Below, in pieces: positions 31,240 through 43,687 of a stretch of DNA of 64,000 nucleotides. The stretch is from the NCBI GenBank assembly GCA_963804995.1, contig CAWDSK010000003.1, positions 352,001-416,000 of the forward strand. The letters run 5' to 3'. A model generated the notes under the pieces. The model searched no databases, was not told the DNA's origin, and was given only the letters and a program-made list of their open reading frames with translations. Both the position numbers and the translations under genes were made by a program. Each line of letters begins with the position of its first letter. Position 1 is the stretch's first letter. Origin of the DNA: an uncultured Acidobacteriota bacterium (lineage in GTDB: Bacteria; Acidobacteriota; Terriglobia; UBA7540).

Positions 31240-32199
31240 TCAGAAGAATTGGGTGGCCCACAGATCGTGGATGTGCACGACCCCTTCGAGCTTCCCTTCG
31301 TTATCGACGACCAGCAAAGAGGTAATCTTGCGCCCCTCCATGAGATTCAGCGCCTTGGTTGCCAGTTCCTTGCGGTGGATGGTAACGGGCGAACGCGTCA
31401 TGCACTCCTCGGCCACCAGGCTAAGCGCGTGGTTCCCTTCCCTCTGAAACACCCGGCGCAAGTCACCGTCCGAAACCATCCCCAGCACCCGGCCGGCGGC
31501 GGACACGACCGCAGTGTGCCCCAAGCCCTTCCGGCTCATCTCATAGATGACATCCGGCAAGCGGGTTTCAGGCGCCACCATGGGCATCTGTTCGCCCACG
31601 TGCATAACGTTTTCCACCCGCCGCAGCCGCACGCCCAGTCCCCCGCCGGGATGGAGGGCCGCATAGTCTTCCTCGTCGAACCCGCGCTTTTCAAGCACCG
31701 CCATCGCCAGGGCATCGCCCATGGCAATCATGGCCGTGGTGGAAGCGGTGGGCGCTAGTCCCAACGGGCAAGCTTCCTGGCGAATCCCCACGTCAATGAC
31801 CACGTCACTCGCCTGGGCCAGGGTGGACGCCAGGCAACCCGTCAGGGCAATGAGCGGAATGTCCAGGCGCTTTACGGTGTCGAGCAGGCGCAGCAATTCC
31901 TCAGTTTCACCGCTGTAGGAAAGCGCCAACAATACGTCGTGACGGACCAGGCGGCCCAGGTCGCCGTGCAAGGCTTCGGCAGGATGCAGGAAGAAAGAAG
32001 GCGTTCCGGTGCTCGACAGCGTGGCGGAAATTTTTTGCCCCACCAGCCCGGACTTCCCCATGCCCGCCACCACCACTCGTCCCTGGCAACTCATGAGGAT
32101 CTCGACGGCGTGGACAAAGCGGTCGTCCAGGCGCGCCACCAGGTCGGAGAGCGCCCTTGCCTCGATTTCCAGCACCTTGCGGGCGATATTCAAGCTCAT
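31240..32199 (-). CDS. kdsD: Arabinose 5-phosphate isomerase (KpsF/GutQ family, SIS plus CBS pair)
   Basis: GMGKSG, EALHGDLG, EACPLGLAPTAST and HPGGGLG motifs; CBS domains. Confidence 0.93.
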   Translation of the reverse strand: MSLNIARKVLEIEARALSDLVARLDDRFVHAVEILMSCQGRVVVAGMGKSGLVGQKISATLSSTGTPSFFLHPAEALHGDLGRLVRHDVLLALSYSGETEELLRLLDTVKRLDIPLIALTGCLASTLAQASDVVIDVGIRQEACPLGLAPTASTTAMIAMGDALAMAVLEKRGFDEEDYAALHPGGGLGVRLRRVENVMHVGEQMPMVAPETRLPDVIYEMSRKGLGHTAVVSAAGRVLGMVSDGDLRRVFQREGNHALSLVAEECMTRSPVTIHRKELATKALNLMEGRKITSLLVVDNEGKLEGVVHIHDLWATQFF

Positions 32200-32347
32200 G
32201 GGAAACTCAGTTCGTGCGCAAAATAATAGCACAGCTAGCCCCAATACGGTTCGCGTAAGGGCGCAAGAGAATTGGTCCTCAATTCGTCACAGGGTGACCC
32301 CTCATCCCCAACCCCTCGGTCGCCGCGGCGACCGAATGAGGAGTTTC

Positions 32348-32480
32348 GTAGCGCGGTCCCCCGTTTCTGGGGTCCGCGGTTCTTCGGCAGATTCACGCAT
32401 CTGATTCCGCGAGCAGATCTCTGTGGTTGAGTTTTGCAGCGGGAAGTGCCGCAGACCTCAACAGCGGAGGTCTGCGCTAC
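32348..32480. repeat. GTAG REPIN doublet (family A)
   Basis: gtagcgcggtcccccg..ggggtccgcgg ... ccgcagacctc..gaggtctgcgctac. Confidence 0.85.
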
Positions 32481-32645
32481 CCTTACTTACCGCCGCAATT
32501 CATCACTATGGGAATCAGCAACAACTCACCCCTGCCACTTCAGGGCATCGCAGACCCCAAACGACAGGGGTCTCGGCCAGCCAGTGGACGCGAGCGAGGC
32601 CCGGATTGATGCGTTGGTAATATTGAGAACTCTGTGCAGGATGCG

Positions 32646-34436
32646 CTACCCCGCCGCACTTTCCTGGATAGTGCAAATCGTGACCCGGTTGCGGCCGGAG
32701 CGTTTGGACTCATAAAGAGCCTTGTCGGACGCCTGGGTGATTTCTTCCAAGGTTTGGCCATGATCGGGGAAAACCGCAATTCCTATGCTCACGGTGAGCG
32801 GGGGCAGCGGCTTTTCGGTATTGGAGGGCACTACCATGGTCATGACTGCCTTGCGGATGCGCTCAGCCACCAGCACACAGGATTTCACGCTGGTATCGGG
32901 CAGGATGACAACGAATTCCTCACCGCCGTAACGGGCCGCCAGGTTGGTTTCACGCATGGAGCCGGTGACAGTCTTGGCAAAATGGCGCAGGATGCGGTCA
33001 CCAATCTCATGCCCGTAAACGTCGTTGAAGCTCTTGAAATGGTCGAGGTCCATCATGATCAGCCCCACGGGCTGGTCGCGGCGGCGGGCAATGGCAAACA
33101 GTTTGCGCGCGTAGTCTTCCAGAAAGCGGCGGTTATACAGCCCCGTGAGCACATCAATGTTGGCCTGCTGCTTCATGGTATCGAGCAGGCGGAGGTTGGA
33201 AAGCGCTGAAGCCGCGCCGCTCAAGTAGCTTTCCAGCAACCGCTCGCGCTCCGGCGTCCACAGATCCTTGGCGGCCTCCACGCGCACGGACCCGATGATG
33301 ATGCCGCCGGCAATCAGGGGCCCGCAATAATAGCTTCCCTCCCGGGGCAGCACGAATTGCGAAGGGCAGACCGGCTCAACCCTGAGGTCGTTGACGCGGA
33401 ACGGCCGCCCGGTGCGCACCGCCTTGCAATTGTGCGGCTCTTCAATCACCGGCCAGGCGGCGATTTCCTTGGGAAGGGGGACCAGGGTGGCAGTCGCCTC
33501 CAGGAAATTCTCCGAGGAATTCAACTTGAAGATCACCACTTGCCGGGGTTGGAAACGCTCTTTGAGCGAATGCAGGATCAAATCGTAGACTTCCCGCTCC
33601 GAGGTGCATTGGGTGACCGCCTCGGAAAACTGGTTCAGGGCTGCGATCTCTTCACGCTCGCGCCGTAGCGCGGAGGTCATGTTCGAGAAACTGCGGGACA
33701 AGACCCCGAATTCATTGTCGACCAGGGGGGGAAGAATGGGTGCAAAATCCCCGCGGCTCACCTGCTCAGAGGCCCGGATCAATTGCAGGACCGGAATCAC
33801 AATCAAGCGCGTCACCACACCGGTCAGGAAAATCAGGACAGCCGCCAGCAGCACCGCCAGGCTGACGCCAACCACCAGCATATGGCGGATAATTCTCTCC
33901 GCCCCCTGCACCTGCTCCAGATTCCTCAACTGATTCTCCTTCAGCAGACTCAACAACTGAAGGCGGATCGAGGACATTCGCACCTGACCGTCCCGAAAAA
34001 CGGCGGCGGGATCGACGGCTTGCCCCAGGCGGACTTTTTCAATGGCGGGCAGCGCCCACTCCTTGAGCATCCGGTCGAAATCCGCGCGAATCCGCGTGAT
34101 TTCCGCCAGTTGGTCGGGGTCATCCGCTTCCAGTTCGCGCAGCGCGATCAAATCTTCCTGGGCATCCGCGGTCGATTTATCGTAGGGCTCGAGCGAGTCT
34201 TTCTGGTGGGTGAAGACATATCCCCGCACCGCCATGGAGGCTTCCGTAGCGTGGCGCAGCATGGCCTCGCCTCGGGCGATGATTTCCTTCGAGCGCGCGG
34301 CCGATCGTTCCGTGTTGATGGCACTCCAGTAGGCGTAGAAAAAAAGTCCTACAGCGCAGAGCAAAACAAAGAGGGGCGGCAGGGTTACCAACAGGATCTG
34401 GTCACGGATTTTCAGGTTCCGGATCGTGAACGCCAT
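32646..34436 (-). CDS. Membrane diguanylate cyclase (CHASE3-HAMP-GAF-GGDEF)
   Basis: Two TM segments; RGYVFT..L.PY; HAMP region (NEFGVLSRSF); DVLTGLYNRR, DLDHFKSFND and RYGGEEF; the I-site reads RETN rather than RxxD. Confidence 0.88.
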   Translation of the reverse strand: MAFTIRNLKIRDQILLVTLPPLFVLLCAVGLFFYAYWSAINTERSAARSKEIIARGEAMLRHATEASMAVRGYVFTHQKDSLEPYDKSTADAQEDLIALRELEADDPDQLAEITRIRADFDRMLKEWALPAIEKVRLGQAVDPAAVFRDGQVRMSSIRLQLLSLLKENQLRNLEQVQGAERIIRHMLVVGVSLAVLLAAVLIFLTGVVTRLIVIPVLQLIRASEQVSRGDFAPILPPLVDNEFGVLSRSFSNMTSALRREREEIAALNQFSEAVTQCTSEREVYDLILHSLKERFQPRQVVIFKLNSSENFLEATATLVPLPKEIAAWPVIEEPHNCKAVRTGRPFRVNDLRVEPVCPSQFVLPREGSYYCGPLIAGGIIIGSVRVEAAKDLWTPERERLLESYLSGAASALSNLRLLDTMKQQANIDVLTGLYNRRFLEDYARKLFAIARRRDQPVGLIMMDLDHFKSFNDVYGHEIGDRILRHFAKTVTGSMRETNLAARYGGEEFVVILPDTSVKSCVLVAERIRKAVMTMVVPSNTEKPLPPLTVSIGIAVFPDHGQTLEEITQASDKALYESKRSGRNRVTICTIQESAAG

Positions 34437-34554
34437 AAACAACTAAAGAGAGGCTCGTAAAATCCGGCAGTGGATCCCGACCCCCAAAACATAGCGCGAT
34501 TTCAGGGGCTCGTCAATTAAGATAGCGGGGGGCAGCGTGTCGCTGGGCGCAAAG

Positions 34555-36045
34555 CTAATTGGCGGGAACGGCTCGCTCACGGGCCCAATCACGCAGAGCG
34601 TCGATTTTCTCCTTCAGGGTGACCGACAGGGGGTAGGTAGAGTGCAATTCTTGGAGGAGCATATCCGTGGTAAGTGAAGCTTTCTGGCCAAAAGCGGAGT
34701 AGAGAGCGGACTTCACGGCTTCCTCAATCTCCGCGCCGCTGAAACCGGCGCTCGCCTCTGCAAGCTGGGGGAGATTAAACTTCGCGGGGTCCTGCAGGTG
34801 CCTAGCCAAGTGAATCGAGAAGATTGTCTCGCGGTCTTCCGCCTCCGGCAGGTCCACAAAGAACAGCTCATCGAAGCGGCCCTTGCGCAGGAACTCGGGG
34901 GGAGGGATGAAATATCGTTGGAGGTCGCCACCATAAATACCGGCGACTTCTTTTCCTGCATCCAGGTCAGGAACGCGCCAAACAAGCGCATGGAGAGCCC
35001 GCCGTCCGCGTCGGAGCTGAGCGCGGCGCGAGGGAACATCTTCTCAATCTCGTCGATCCAGAGCACCGCCGGCGCCACCGCTTCCGCCACCTGGAGCGAT
35101 TTCCGCAGATTCTTTTCCGATTCGCCGATGTACTTCTCGAAGCAGGCGGCTGGTATCAAACTTGAGTAGCGACAGGTTCCACTCCCGCGCCACCGCCTTG
35201 GCACACAGGCTTTTTCCGCACCCTTGGACGCCGAAAATCAGGATGCCCTTGGGAGGGTCAAGCCCGAAGTTCTCCGCCTCCTGCGAAAATGCGGCCCGGC
35301 GCTTTTCCAGCCACGCCTTCAGATGCGCCAGTCCTCCCACCGACGCGAGACCCGCTTCCGGCTGAAGGAATTCAATGACCCCTTGCTCCTTGACCAGATT
35401 GCTCTTCGACTCCCGCACCAGGTCGATGGTGCCGAGATTAAGAGCGGACTTTTCCAGAATGGCCTGGGTGAGGATGCGCCGCGCCTCATCGAGCGTCAGA
35501 CCGCGCAGGCTGTGCACCAGCGCCGGCATCTGTTCAGGCCGCAGGTCATTCTTCAGGTGTTGTCTGCCCATCAATTCCCGCACCGTCGTGTTACACAATA
35601 CATTCAGTTCCGCCTCGCTGGGCAAACTCAAAGAGAAACGTGCCGTATCCTTTTCCAGCTCGATGGGAATGTTAACCACGGGCGAGGTGATGATGATGGC
35701 ACGCCGCTCACGGCGAAACTGCTGCGTGAGGTCGCGGAGTTTCCGCACGATTACATCCTGGTCCAGATACTTGTGAAAGTCCTTGAGGAGGAAAAGGCCC
35801 TCGCCGGCGAGGGTGGTGACGGTGGACAGGGCCTGGGCCGGCTCCTGTGTGTTGTAGATCGGCGCGCCGCCCGCCCGGCCGAGTCCCGTGGTCACTGCCC
35901 ACGCGTAAAAAGGGACCTGGAGGTCCTCCGCCACGTTCGCCAAAATCGCGGCGGCACGGGCTTCTTCCCAGGTCTCCACGTAGATAATCGGATAGGCAGA
36001 GTTCACCAGCAGAGCGAGTTCTCGGCGGGGATCCTGATCAGCCAT
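34555..36045 (-). CDS. Ycf46-like AAA+ ATPase, frameshifts near 35142 and 34900
   Basis: VGGLAHLKAWL, GVQGCGKS (Walker A), WIDEIEK (Walker B), RKGRFDE and GFSGAEIE spread over three frames. Confidence 0.85.
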
Positions 36046-36230
36046 AAAAGTCGTAAGGGGGACGCCACGAATCCTACCGGGTGTCCCCATGCAATTCAAG
36101 TCGAAATGAAATCCCTGGCACGGCCAGCGGGTAGCACGATCATTGTAATCGCCACCCTCTTCCGCCAGCCAGGTTGAGAGACTTCCCCACTTGCCGCGGC
36201 CCCTGGCTCAGGCCTGCGCAGTTTATGGAT

Positions 36231-37055
36231 TTAAAGTTTGCGTACGAATTTTCCCAGGTCCCGCAGCCGCCTGACCAAGGGCGGGAAGCGCCGGAGGTCA
36301 AGGGCGTTCGCCCCGTCAGAAAGCGCCTGTGCGGGGCGGTCGTGAACTTCCATAAAAATCACGTCAACACCCGCCGCCACGCCCGCGCGCGCCAGGATCT
36401 CAATGAACTGCGGCTGTCCACCGCTGCGCTTGCCCTCACCGCCAGGGAGCTGCAGCGAGTGGGTGACGTCGAGGATGACAGGAACGCCAAACTCCTTCAT
36501 CACCGCCAGCCCTCGCATATCCACAACCAGGTTGTTGTACCCAAAGCTCGCGCCGCGTTCCGTCACCAGGATGCGGTCATTCCCGGTGCTTCGGATTTTC
36601 TCAACGGCGTGGCGGATATCCCAGGGCGAAAGGAATTGACCCTTCTTGAGATTCACCACCGCGCCGGAGCGGCCGACTTCGATCAGCAGGTCGGTCTGGC
36701 GGCAAAGGAAGGCGGGAATCTGGAGGATTTCGCAGACCTCCGCCGCAGGCCCCACCTGACTCGCTTCGTGCACATCGGTCAGTACGGGAACACTGAACTC
36801 CTTCTTGATTCGCGCCAGGATCTTCAGCCCACGCACGAGGCCAGGCCCGCGGTAGGAATCGAGTGAAGTCCGATTGGCCTTGTCGAATGAAGCTTTGAAG
36901 ATGTAAGGGACGCGCAGTTTGCGCGCCGCCTCGGCCAGGCGCCCCGCCATTTTTAGCGCGTGACGTTCACTCTCGATAACGCAGGGACCGGCGATCACCG
37001 CCAGCGGCTGGCCGGCTCCGAGCGCCAGTTTGCCAATTCGCACCACACGGCTCAT
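36231..37055 (-). CDS. kdsA: KDO 8-phosphate synthase
   Basis: AGPCVIES, KASFDKANRTS, QIPAFLCRQT, KKGQFL and ERGASFGY motifs. Confidence 0.96.
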   Translation of the reverse strand: MSRVVRIGKLALGAGQPLAVIAGPCVIESERHALKMAGRLAEAARKLRVPYIFKASFDKANRTSLDSYRGPGLVRGLKILARIKKEFSVPVLTDVHEASQVGPAAEVCEILQIPAFLCRQTDLLIEVGRSGAVVNLKKGQFLSPWDIRHAVEKIRSTGNDRILVTERGASFGYNNLVVDMRGLAVMKEFGVPVILDVTHSLQLPGGEGKRSGGQPQFIEILARAGVAAGVDVIFMEVHDRPAQALSDGANALDLRRFPPLVRRLRDLGKFVRKL

Positions 37056-37196
37056 GGGCTTATCTTCAGAGAATGGAAATTATGGAGGGGGAATCGAACT
37101 ACGCTCGAAAGCCGCCGGTAGCTTCCCCCCTCCGTACGCTTGCCCGGCTGTCAAGGCGCGAGCACCCCGGCGTAAATAATCTTTCCACCCGCAGGA

Positions 37197-38036
37197 TTAT
37201 CTTTTCTCCGCTTTGAAGTCAATCGACATGGCCATCCGGACTGCCACGGGCTTCCCGTCCTGGCTCGCCGGTGTGAACGTCCAACCCTTTACGGCTTCAA
37301 TAGTAGCTTCCTCCAGGCCGTACTGCAAAAGGTGGGTAAAACCGACAACTGCCCCTTTACCCTGTTCATCCACGTATACCACAAAGGTTTCCTTACCAGC
37401 TTGCCCTACCATTGCAGCTTCTTTCGGTTCCTGGGGCGTGGAATTTGAAGTCGCCTTGGGCGGCGTGCCCTTAAAGCCCTTGTCCAAGCCGGAATCGGCA
37501 TCCAGATCCGCAGGAACCTTTTGGATGAAAGCGACAATAGACTGCGGAGCTACCGCCAGCGAAGACTCTTGAGCTCCCAGGCACAGTTTCCCGAGGCGCT
37601 CAACAATCTGGGCCGCGGCCACATTTTCCTGGCTCGTCCGGAATATGATGTCCGTATTCTGGGGATAATCGGAGGAGTTCCCTTTCAGGGCGGCGGAGGC
37701 AGGAAAGAAGTGGAGTTGTCCGTCGTCTTTGATGTTAGCCCAGAGCTTGACGCACTTGAAGGTCACGTGATCCTTGCGAAATTCGATGTCCTTCACCAGG
37801 GCGTTGCCGTCCACGGACCAGAAGCCGGGCTGCGCATTGCCTTTCACCGTGCCATCTTCCTGAACGTCATATTGGCTTACCAGGCGCGCACATTTGCGAA
37901 ACGTTAGTACCTTGCCCACAAATTGGGAGTGCAATGATTGCTGGTCCGCCGCGGAAACCGCGGCCCGCACCACCGCCGCGCCGGACACCAGCAGGCAGGT
38001 GGCAAATGTCAGAAAAAACAGAATTGATTTCTTCAT
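37197..38036 (-). CDS. Secreted protein with a TonB C-terminal domain
   Basis: Signal peptide MKKSILFF; VDEQGK...GLEEATIEAVKGWTFTPASQDGKPV; AAGGAG RBS. Confidence 0.75.
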   Translation of the reverse strand: MKKSILFFLTFATCLLVSGAAVVRAAVSAADQQSLHSQFVGKVLTFRKCARLVSQYDVQEDGTVKGNAQPGFWSVDGNALVKDIEFRKDHVTFKCVKLWANIKDDGQLHFFPASAALKGNSSDYPQNTDIIFRTSQENVAAAQIVERLGKLCLGAQESSLAVAPQSIVAFIQKVPADLDADSGLDKGFKGTPPKATSNSTPQEPKEAAMVGQAGKETFVVYVDEQGKGAVVGFTHLLQYGLEEATIEAVKGWTFTPASQDGKPVAVRMAMSIDFKAEKR

Positions 38037-38219
38037 TCGATTCTCCTTCAGGTTCGGTATATGAGGTCTCCGGGACTTGCAACAGTCCCGGTTGTCGTTC
38101 CCGACCGGTGGTTTGAAGCCGGGCGGCATTCCCTTCCGGCCGTTAGCGAAACCGAACAGAGGGGGTAAGTGGGGCCGGGCAGTTGGTAGGACGGCAGCAA
38201 AAAGCCCGGCGAGGATAGT

Positions 38220-39947
<1,728 letters not shown>

Positions 39948-40395
39948 TTAGTTTTTGCGGATTGGTGGTTCGGTAGCAAGGTATGCTTTGCGGCTCTCGT
40001 CATCAACAGCCCAAGGCCGCTGGTTAAAGACTTTACTTGTACCGAAAGTGTGGTTTTACGGAAGGTTCGGTACGGGCAATTATCCGTCGCCTACCCCGCC
40101 TTGTCAATGGCAAATTCCCTTCTCGATATTGTCCAAATCAAGGAGGGAATCGCCCGGAACATCTTCACGCTTCGTGGCAAGCCGAAAGCTCTTGAAATCC
40201 GTGCTCAGGCCCATCTACCGGTAGTCCATCATAGGTTTGTCATTTTTTTGCAAAAACGCATATTCCCTGCCTGCACGTCTCAACAACCGCTGGGAAATTG
40301 TGTTAGAATATTTTGAGCGATAACTATCGGCACGAAAAGTTAGGCTCGCGCACACGTATAACGCGACTCTGACCTTTATCGAGAGGGCCGCTCCC

Positions 40396-41415
40396 GTGAC
40401 TCCTGCTTCACGACGCGGGTTTTCTCACTTCGAGGTGGTGGCGATTGCCCTGACGGGCCTCGTGGCTACATTGGCGTGGTGTGCTCCGCGCGACGAGAAG
40501 AATGCCGCGCCCCCGCCGCCCGATGCTCAGTCAGGCGCCCGTGTCACGGTCCGAACGCCCCCTGTCCATGTGGCGCCCCTGCTGGTCGACGTCAACATGG
40601 TGGTGGTCAACGTCACGGTCACTGATCCCTATGACCGCATCGTGACCGGCCTTGACCAAGACAACTTCCAGGTGTACGACGAAAAGGTGGAACAGAAGAT
40701 CGAATCGTTTTCCACGGAGGATGCGCCCATCTCTGTGGGCTTGATCTTTGACAGCAGCGGCTCGATGGGGGACAAGATTCAGAAATCCAAAGAGGCAGCC
40801 CTGCAGTTCTTTAAGACATCTAACCCCCAAGATGAGTTTATGCTCATCAGCTTCGCAGACCGGCCGGACCTGATCACGGGATTCACTTCTAAGTATGAAA
40901 ACTTGCAGGATCGGCTGCTGTTCGTTAAATCAGGGGGGAAGACGGCGCTCCTGGATGCAATTTACCTGGGCTTGAGTGAAATGAAGAAGGCAACTACCAA
41001 CCGACGGGCGCTCCTGGTCATCTCCGACGGTGGCGACAACCACAGCCGCTATACGGAGGCTGATATCAAGCGTGCGGTGAAGGAATCCGATGTGCAGATT
41101 TACGCGGTCGGAATCTTCGAACCCATTTCCTCCCGGGCTCGCACACCCGAGGAAGCCGGCGGCCCCGGATTGCTCGCTGAACTCGCGGAAGTCTCGGGGG
41201 GCCGCATGTTTAGCGTCGAAGACGCTAATGAGTTACCTGATATCGCGGAAAAGATCTCCATTGAGCTGCGCAATCAGTATGTGCTGGGCTACAAACCCTC
41301 GAACCTGATTCGCGACGGCCACTGGAGGCGCATTAAGGTGAAGCTGAATCCGCCCAAGGGATTGCCCCCTCTCCAGGTTTACGCCCGAACTGGCTACTAT
41401 GCACCGACGCAATAA
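40396..41415 (+). CDS. Acidobacteria-type VWA-domain protein
   Basis: DSSGSM MIDAS motif, TALLDA, ISDGGDN and LRNQYVLGY. Confidence 0.85.
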   Translation: MTPASRRGFSHFEVVAIALTGLVATLAWCAPRDEKNAAPPPPDAQSGARVTVRTPPVHVAPLLVDVNMVVVNVTVTDPYDRIVTGLDQDNFQVYDEKVEQKIESFSTEDAPISVGLIFDSSGSMGDKIQKSKEAALQFFKTSNPQDEFMLISFADRPDLITGFTSKYENLQDRLLFVKSGGKTALLDAIYLGLSEMKKATTNRRALLVISDGGDNHSRYTEADIKRAVKESDVQIYAVGIFEPISSRARTPEEAGGPGLLAELAEVSGGRMFSVEDANELPDIAEKISIELRNQYVLGYKPSNLIRDGHWRRIKVKLNPPKGLPPLQVYARTGYYAPTQ

Positions 41416-42439
41416 CCCGTACGACAGAACCTCCCTCCTCTGGGGGGGATTCCTGGCTGTATTGCTTTTCTTGCCGCTCGCCGCGGGGGCTCAGACTCCC
41501 CAGCCCGCCACCCCGTCCACGCCGCAGGTTGAAAAAAAGGGCAGGGATTACATCATCAACGTGAACGTCAACGAAGTCGTCGTGCATGCGACCGTGGTCG
41601 ACAAAAAAGGGCACATTGTCAACGAGCTCAAGCAGGACGACTTTCATATCTTTGAGGACGGGATCCAGCAGCAACTTGCGGTTTTCAGCCACGCCGATAT
41701 CCCCGTCACCATGGGAATCGTCATCGACGATAGCGGCAGTATGCGCGAAAAACGCCAGTCGGTGAACGCCTCCGCCCTCACCTTTGTCAAAACCTCCAAT
41801 CCCCAGGACCAGGTCTTCGTGGTCAATTTTAACGACGTTTATTACCTCGATACACCGGGAGACTTTGCCAGTACGATTGAGGATTTAAGGTCCGCCCTGG
41901 ACAAGATCGACTCCCGCGGGGGCACTGCGCTTTATGACGCTGTCGACGCCTCCCTCGACCACCTGAAGCTCGGTAATCGGGACAAGAAGGTTCTGCTGGT
42001 CATTACCGATGGCGAGGATAACGCCAGCCGCTACACTTTCGAGGAGCTGATCACCAAGGCGCAGAAATCCAACGCCGTCATCTATACCATCGGTCTGCTG
42101 GGCTCCGAAGAACCGGGCGGCCTCTTCAAAGTCCGGGGAGGCGAGGCCCATCGCGCCGCTAAAGTGCTGGATAAGCTTGCCGACGCAACCGGCGGCCAAT
42201 CCTACTTCCCCAAATCCCTGGACGAGGTTGAGAGTACCTGCCAGCAGATCGCCCGGGACATCCGCAATCAGTACACGCTCGTCTATCGCCCCACCAACAC
42301 TCGCCTGGACGGGACGTTCCGCAATATCCGCGTGGACGCCTACATGCCCCGCAGCAAGGTTAAACTGGTGGTCCGCACCCGCCCGGGTTACTTCGCGCCC
42401 AAGACCGCCAGTCCCCCGGCTGCCGCAGCCTTTCAGTAG
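41399..42439 (+). CDS. Second Acidobacteria-type VWA-domain protein
   Basis: DDSGSM, TALYDA, ITDGEDN and IRNQYTLVY; start codon uncertain. Confidence 0.85.
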   Translation: MHRRNNPYDRTSLLWGGFLAVLLFLPLAAGAQTPQPATPSTPQVEKKGRDYIINVNVNEVVVHATVVDKKGHIVNELKQDDFHIFEDGIQQQLAVFSHADIPVTMGIVIDDSGSMREKRQSVNASALTFVKTSNPQDQVFVVNFNDVYYLDTPGDFASTIEDLRSALDKIDSRGGTALYDAVDASLDHLKLGNRDKKVLLVITDGEDNASRYTFEELITKAQKSNAVIYTIGLLGSEEPGGLFKVRGGEAHRAAKVLDKLADATGGQSYFPKSLDEVESTCQQIARDIRNQYTLVYRPTNTRLDGTFRNIRVDAYMPRSKVKLVVRTRPGYFAPKTASPPAAAAFQ

Positions 42440-42600
42440 CCCGCCCCCAGGGGGACCGCAACCGCGAGCGGAGGCTTTTTACTTTTGCCTTTTGACTTTT
42501 GCCTTTTGCCTTTTGGTTTTCTTTTGCGGCTCGGCACGCTACCCGCTATTGACTTGCCCTGCCTACCCTGCGCCCCCGGCCGCCCGCGCGGATAACGTTC

Positions 42601-43425
42601 CTAGCCTCGCGGCGGGCTGAGGGGCCATGAGTCACTGTGGTACCCCAATCGGTAGGAAATTTTCTGACTGGTTTCACGCACCATTTGCGCAAGCTCAGGG
42701 ATTCTTGCCGGGGTTAAGCGCGTGGTGGGTCCCACCACACTGATCGCCGCCACGATTTGTCCCGCGTGATTGAGCACCGGCCCCGCCACACAGCGCAGGC
42801 CCTCGACGGCTTCCTCCTGGTCCAACGCGTATCCCTGTTCGCGGATACGTTCCAACTCCCGCCGCAACTGTGGCAACGAGGTAATGGTATGAGCCGTCAG
42901 GCGGGTCAATCCGGGCATTTGGGCAACGCGGGTCAAGAGTTCCTCGCCCTGATAGGCTAACAACGTCTTTCCCACGCCCGAACAGTGCAAGGGCATCACC
43001 CCGCCCAACCGTGCATCCAACCCCACAAGCTGGGGGCTGCTGAACCTCTCAATGGAAACCGCCCGATCCTCCTGGAGAATCGCCAGGTGCACCGTTTCCT
43101 TCGTGCGCAGGTTGAGGTCGCTCAACAGAGGCTGCGCCGCCCGGCGGAAATCCAGGCGATCGAGAACCCGCAGGCCCATGCGCAGCATGCGGTAGCTGAG
43201 CTGGTACCCTCCTGAAATGTGATCCTCTTCCACAAAGCCGTGCCGCACCAGGTTGACCAGCAGCCGGTGCACGGTGCTGACGTGCAGGTGCAGCCGCCGG
43301 CTGAGCTGCGTGAGCGTGTAGGGAGGCTCCTCCTCTGCCAACACCTCCAAAATATTGAGGGCCTTGACCAGGGACTTCACTGTGTAGGCGGGAGTGGACG
43401 CAGGGCTTGTTTTCGATGTTTTCAT
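42601..43425 (-). CDS. IclR-family transcriptional regulator
   Basis: VKSLVKAL.IL HTH; ETVHLA, LHCSGVGK and GYALD.EE..GLRCVA motifs. Confidence 0.92.
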   Translation of the reverse strand: MKTSKTSPASTPAYTVKSLVKALNILEVLAEEEPPYTLTQLSRRLHLHVSTVHRLLVNLVRHGFVEEDHISGGYQLSYRMLRMGLRVLDRLDFRRAAQPLLSDLNLRTKETVHLAILQEDRAVSIERFSSPQLVGLDARLGGVMPLHCSGVGKTLLAYQGEELLTRVAQMPGLTRLTAHTITSLPQLRRELERIREQGYALDQEEAVEGLRCVAGPVLNHAGQIVAAISVVGPTTRLTPARIPELAQMVRETSQKISYRLGYHSDSWPLSPPRG

Positions 43426-43687
43426 AGCGTGAGAATTATTGCGAAATTGGGAACAGTGTCAAGCCACAATTCGCTCCCGGCTTCTATTCCTGGTGAGAAT
43501 CCCGTCCCCGTGCTGATTCCACGCCGGCTGGGGGACAGAATCGCCCGACGCAACTATTTGACGAATCAGCCTCATCCACCTCAAGTTCCCTACCAATTCT
43601 GCCGAAGATGAAAGTGTTAGGCACGGGATCCTGGCTGGCCGCCTGACCGCCAGGACGGATTTGGGTGTGTAAAAAGCGAGGCATGCA

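Noticed and set aside
37081..37132. tRNA fragment (ggaatcgaac resembles a reversed T-arm)
   Set aside because: No acceptor, D or anticodon arms; it is a simple ggaggggg/ccccctcc hairpin
38060..38160. Riboswitch upstream of the TonB-domain gene
   Set aside because: Hairpins are present (ccgggact/agtcccgg) but I could not match any known aptamer consensus
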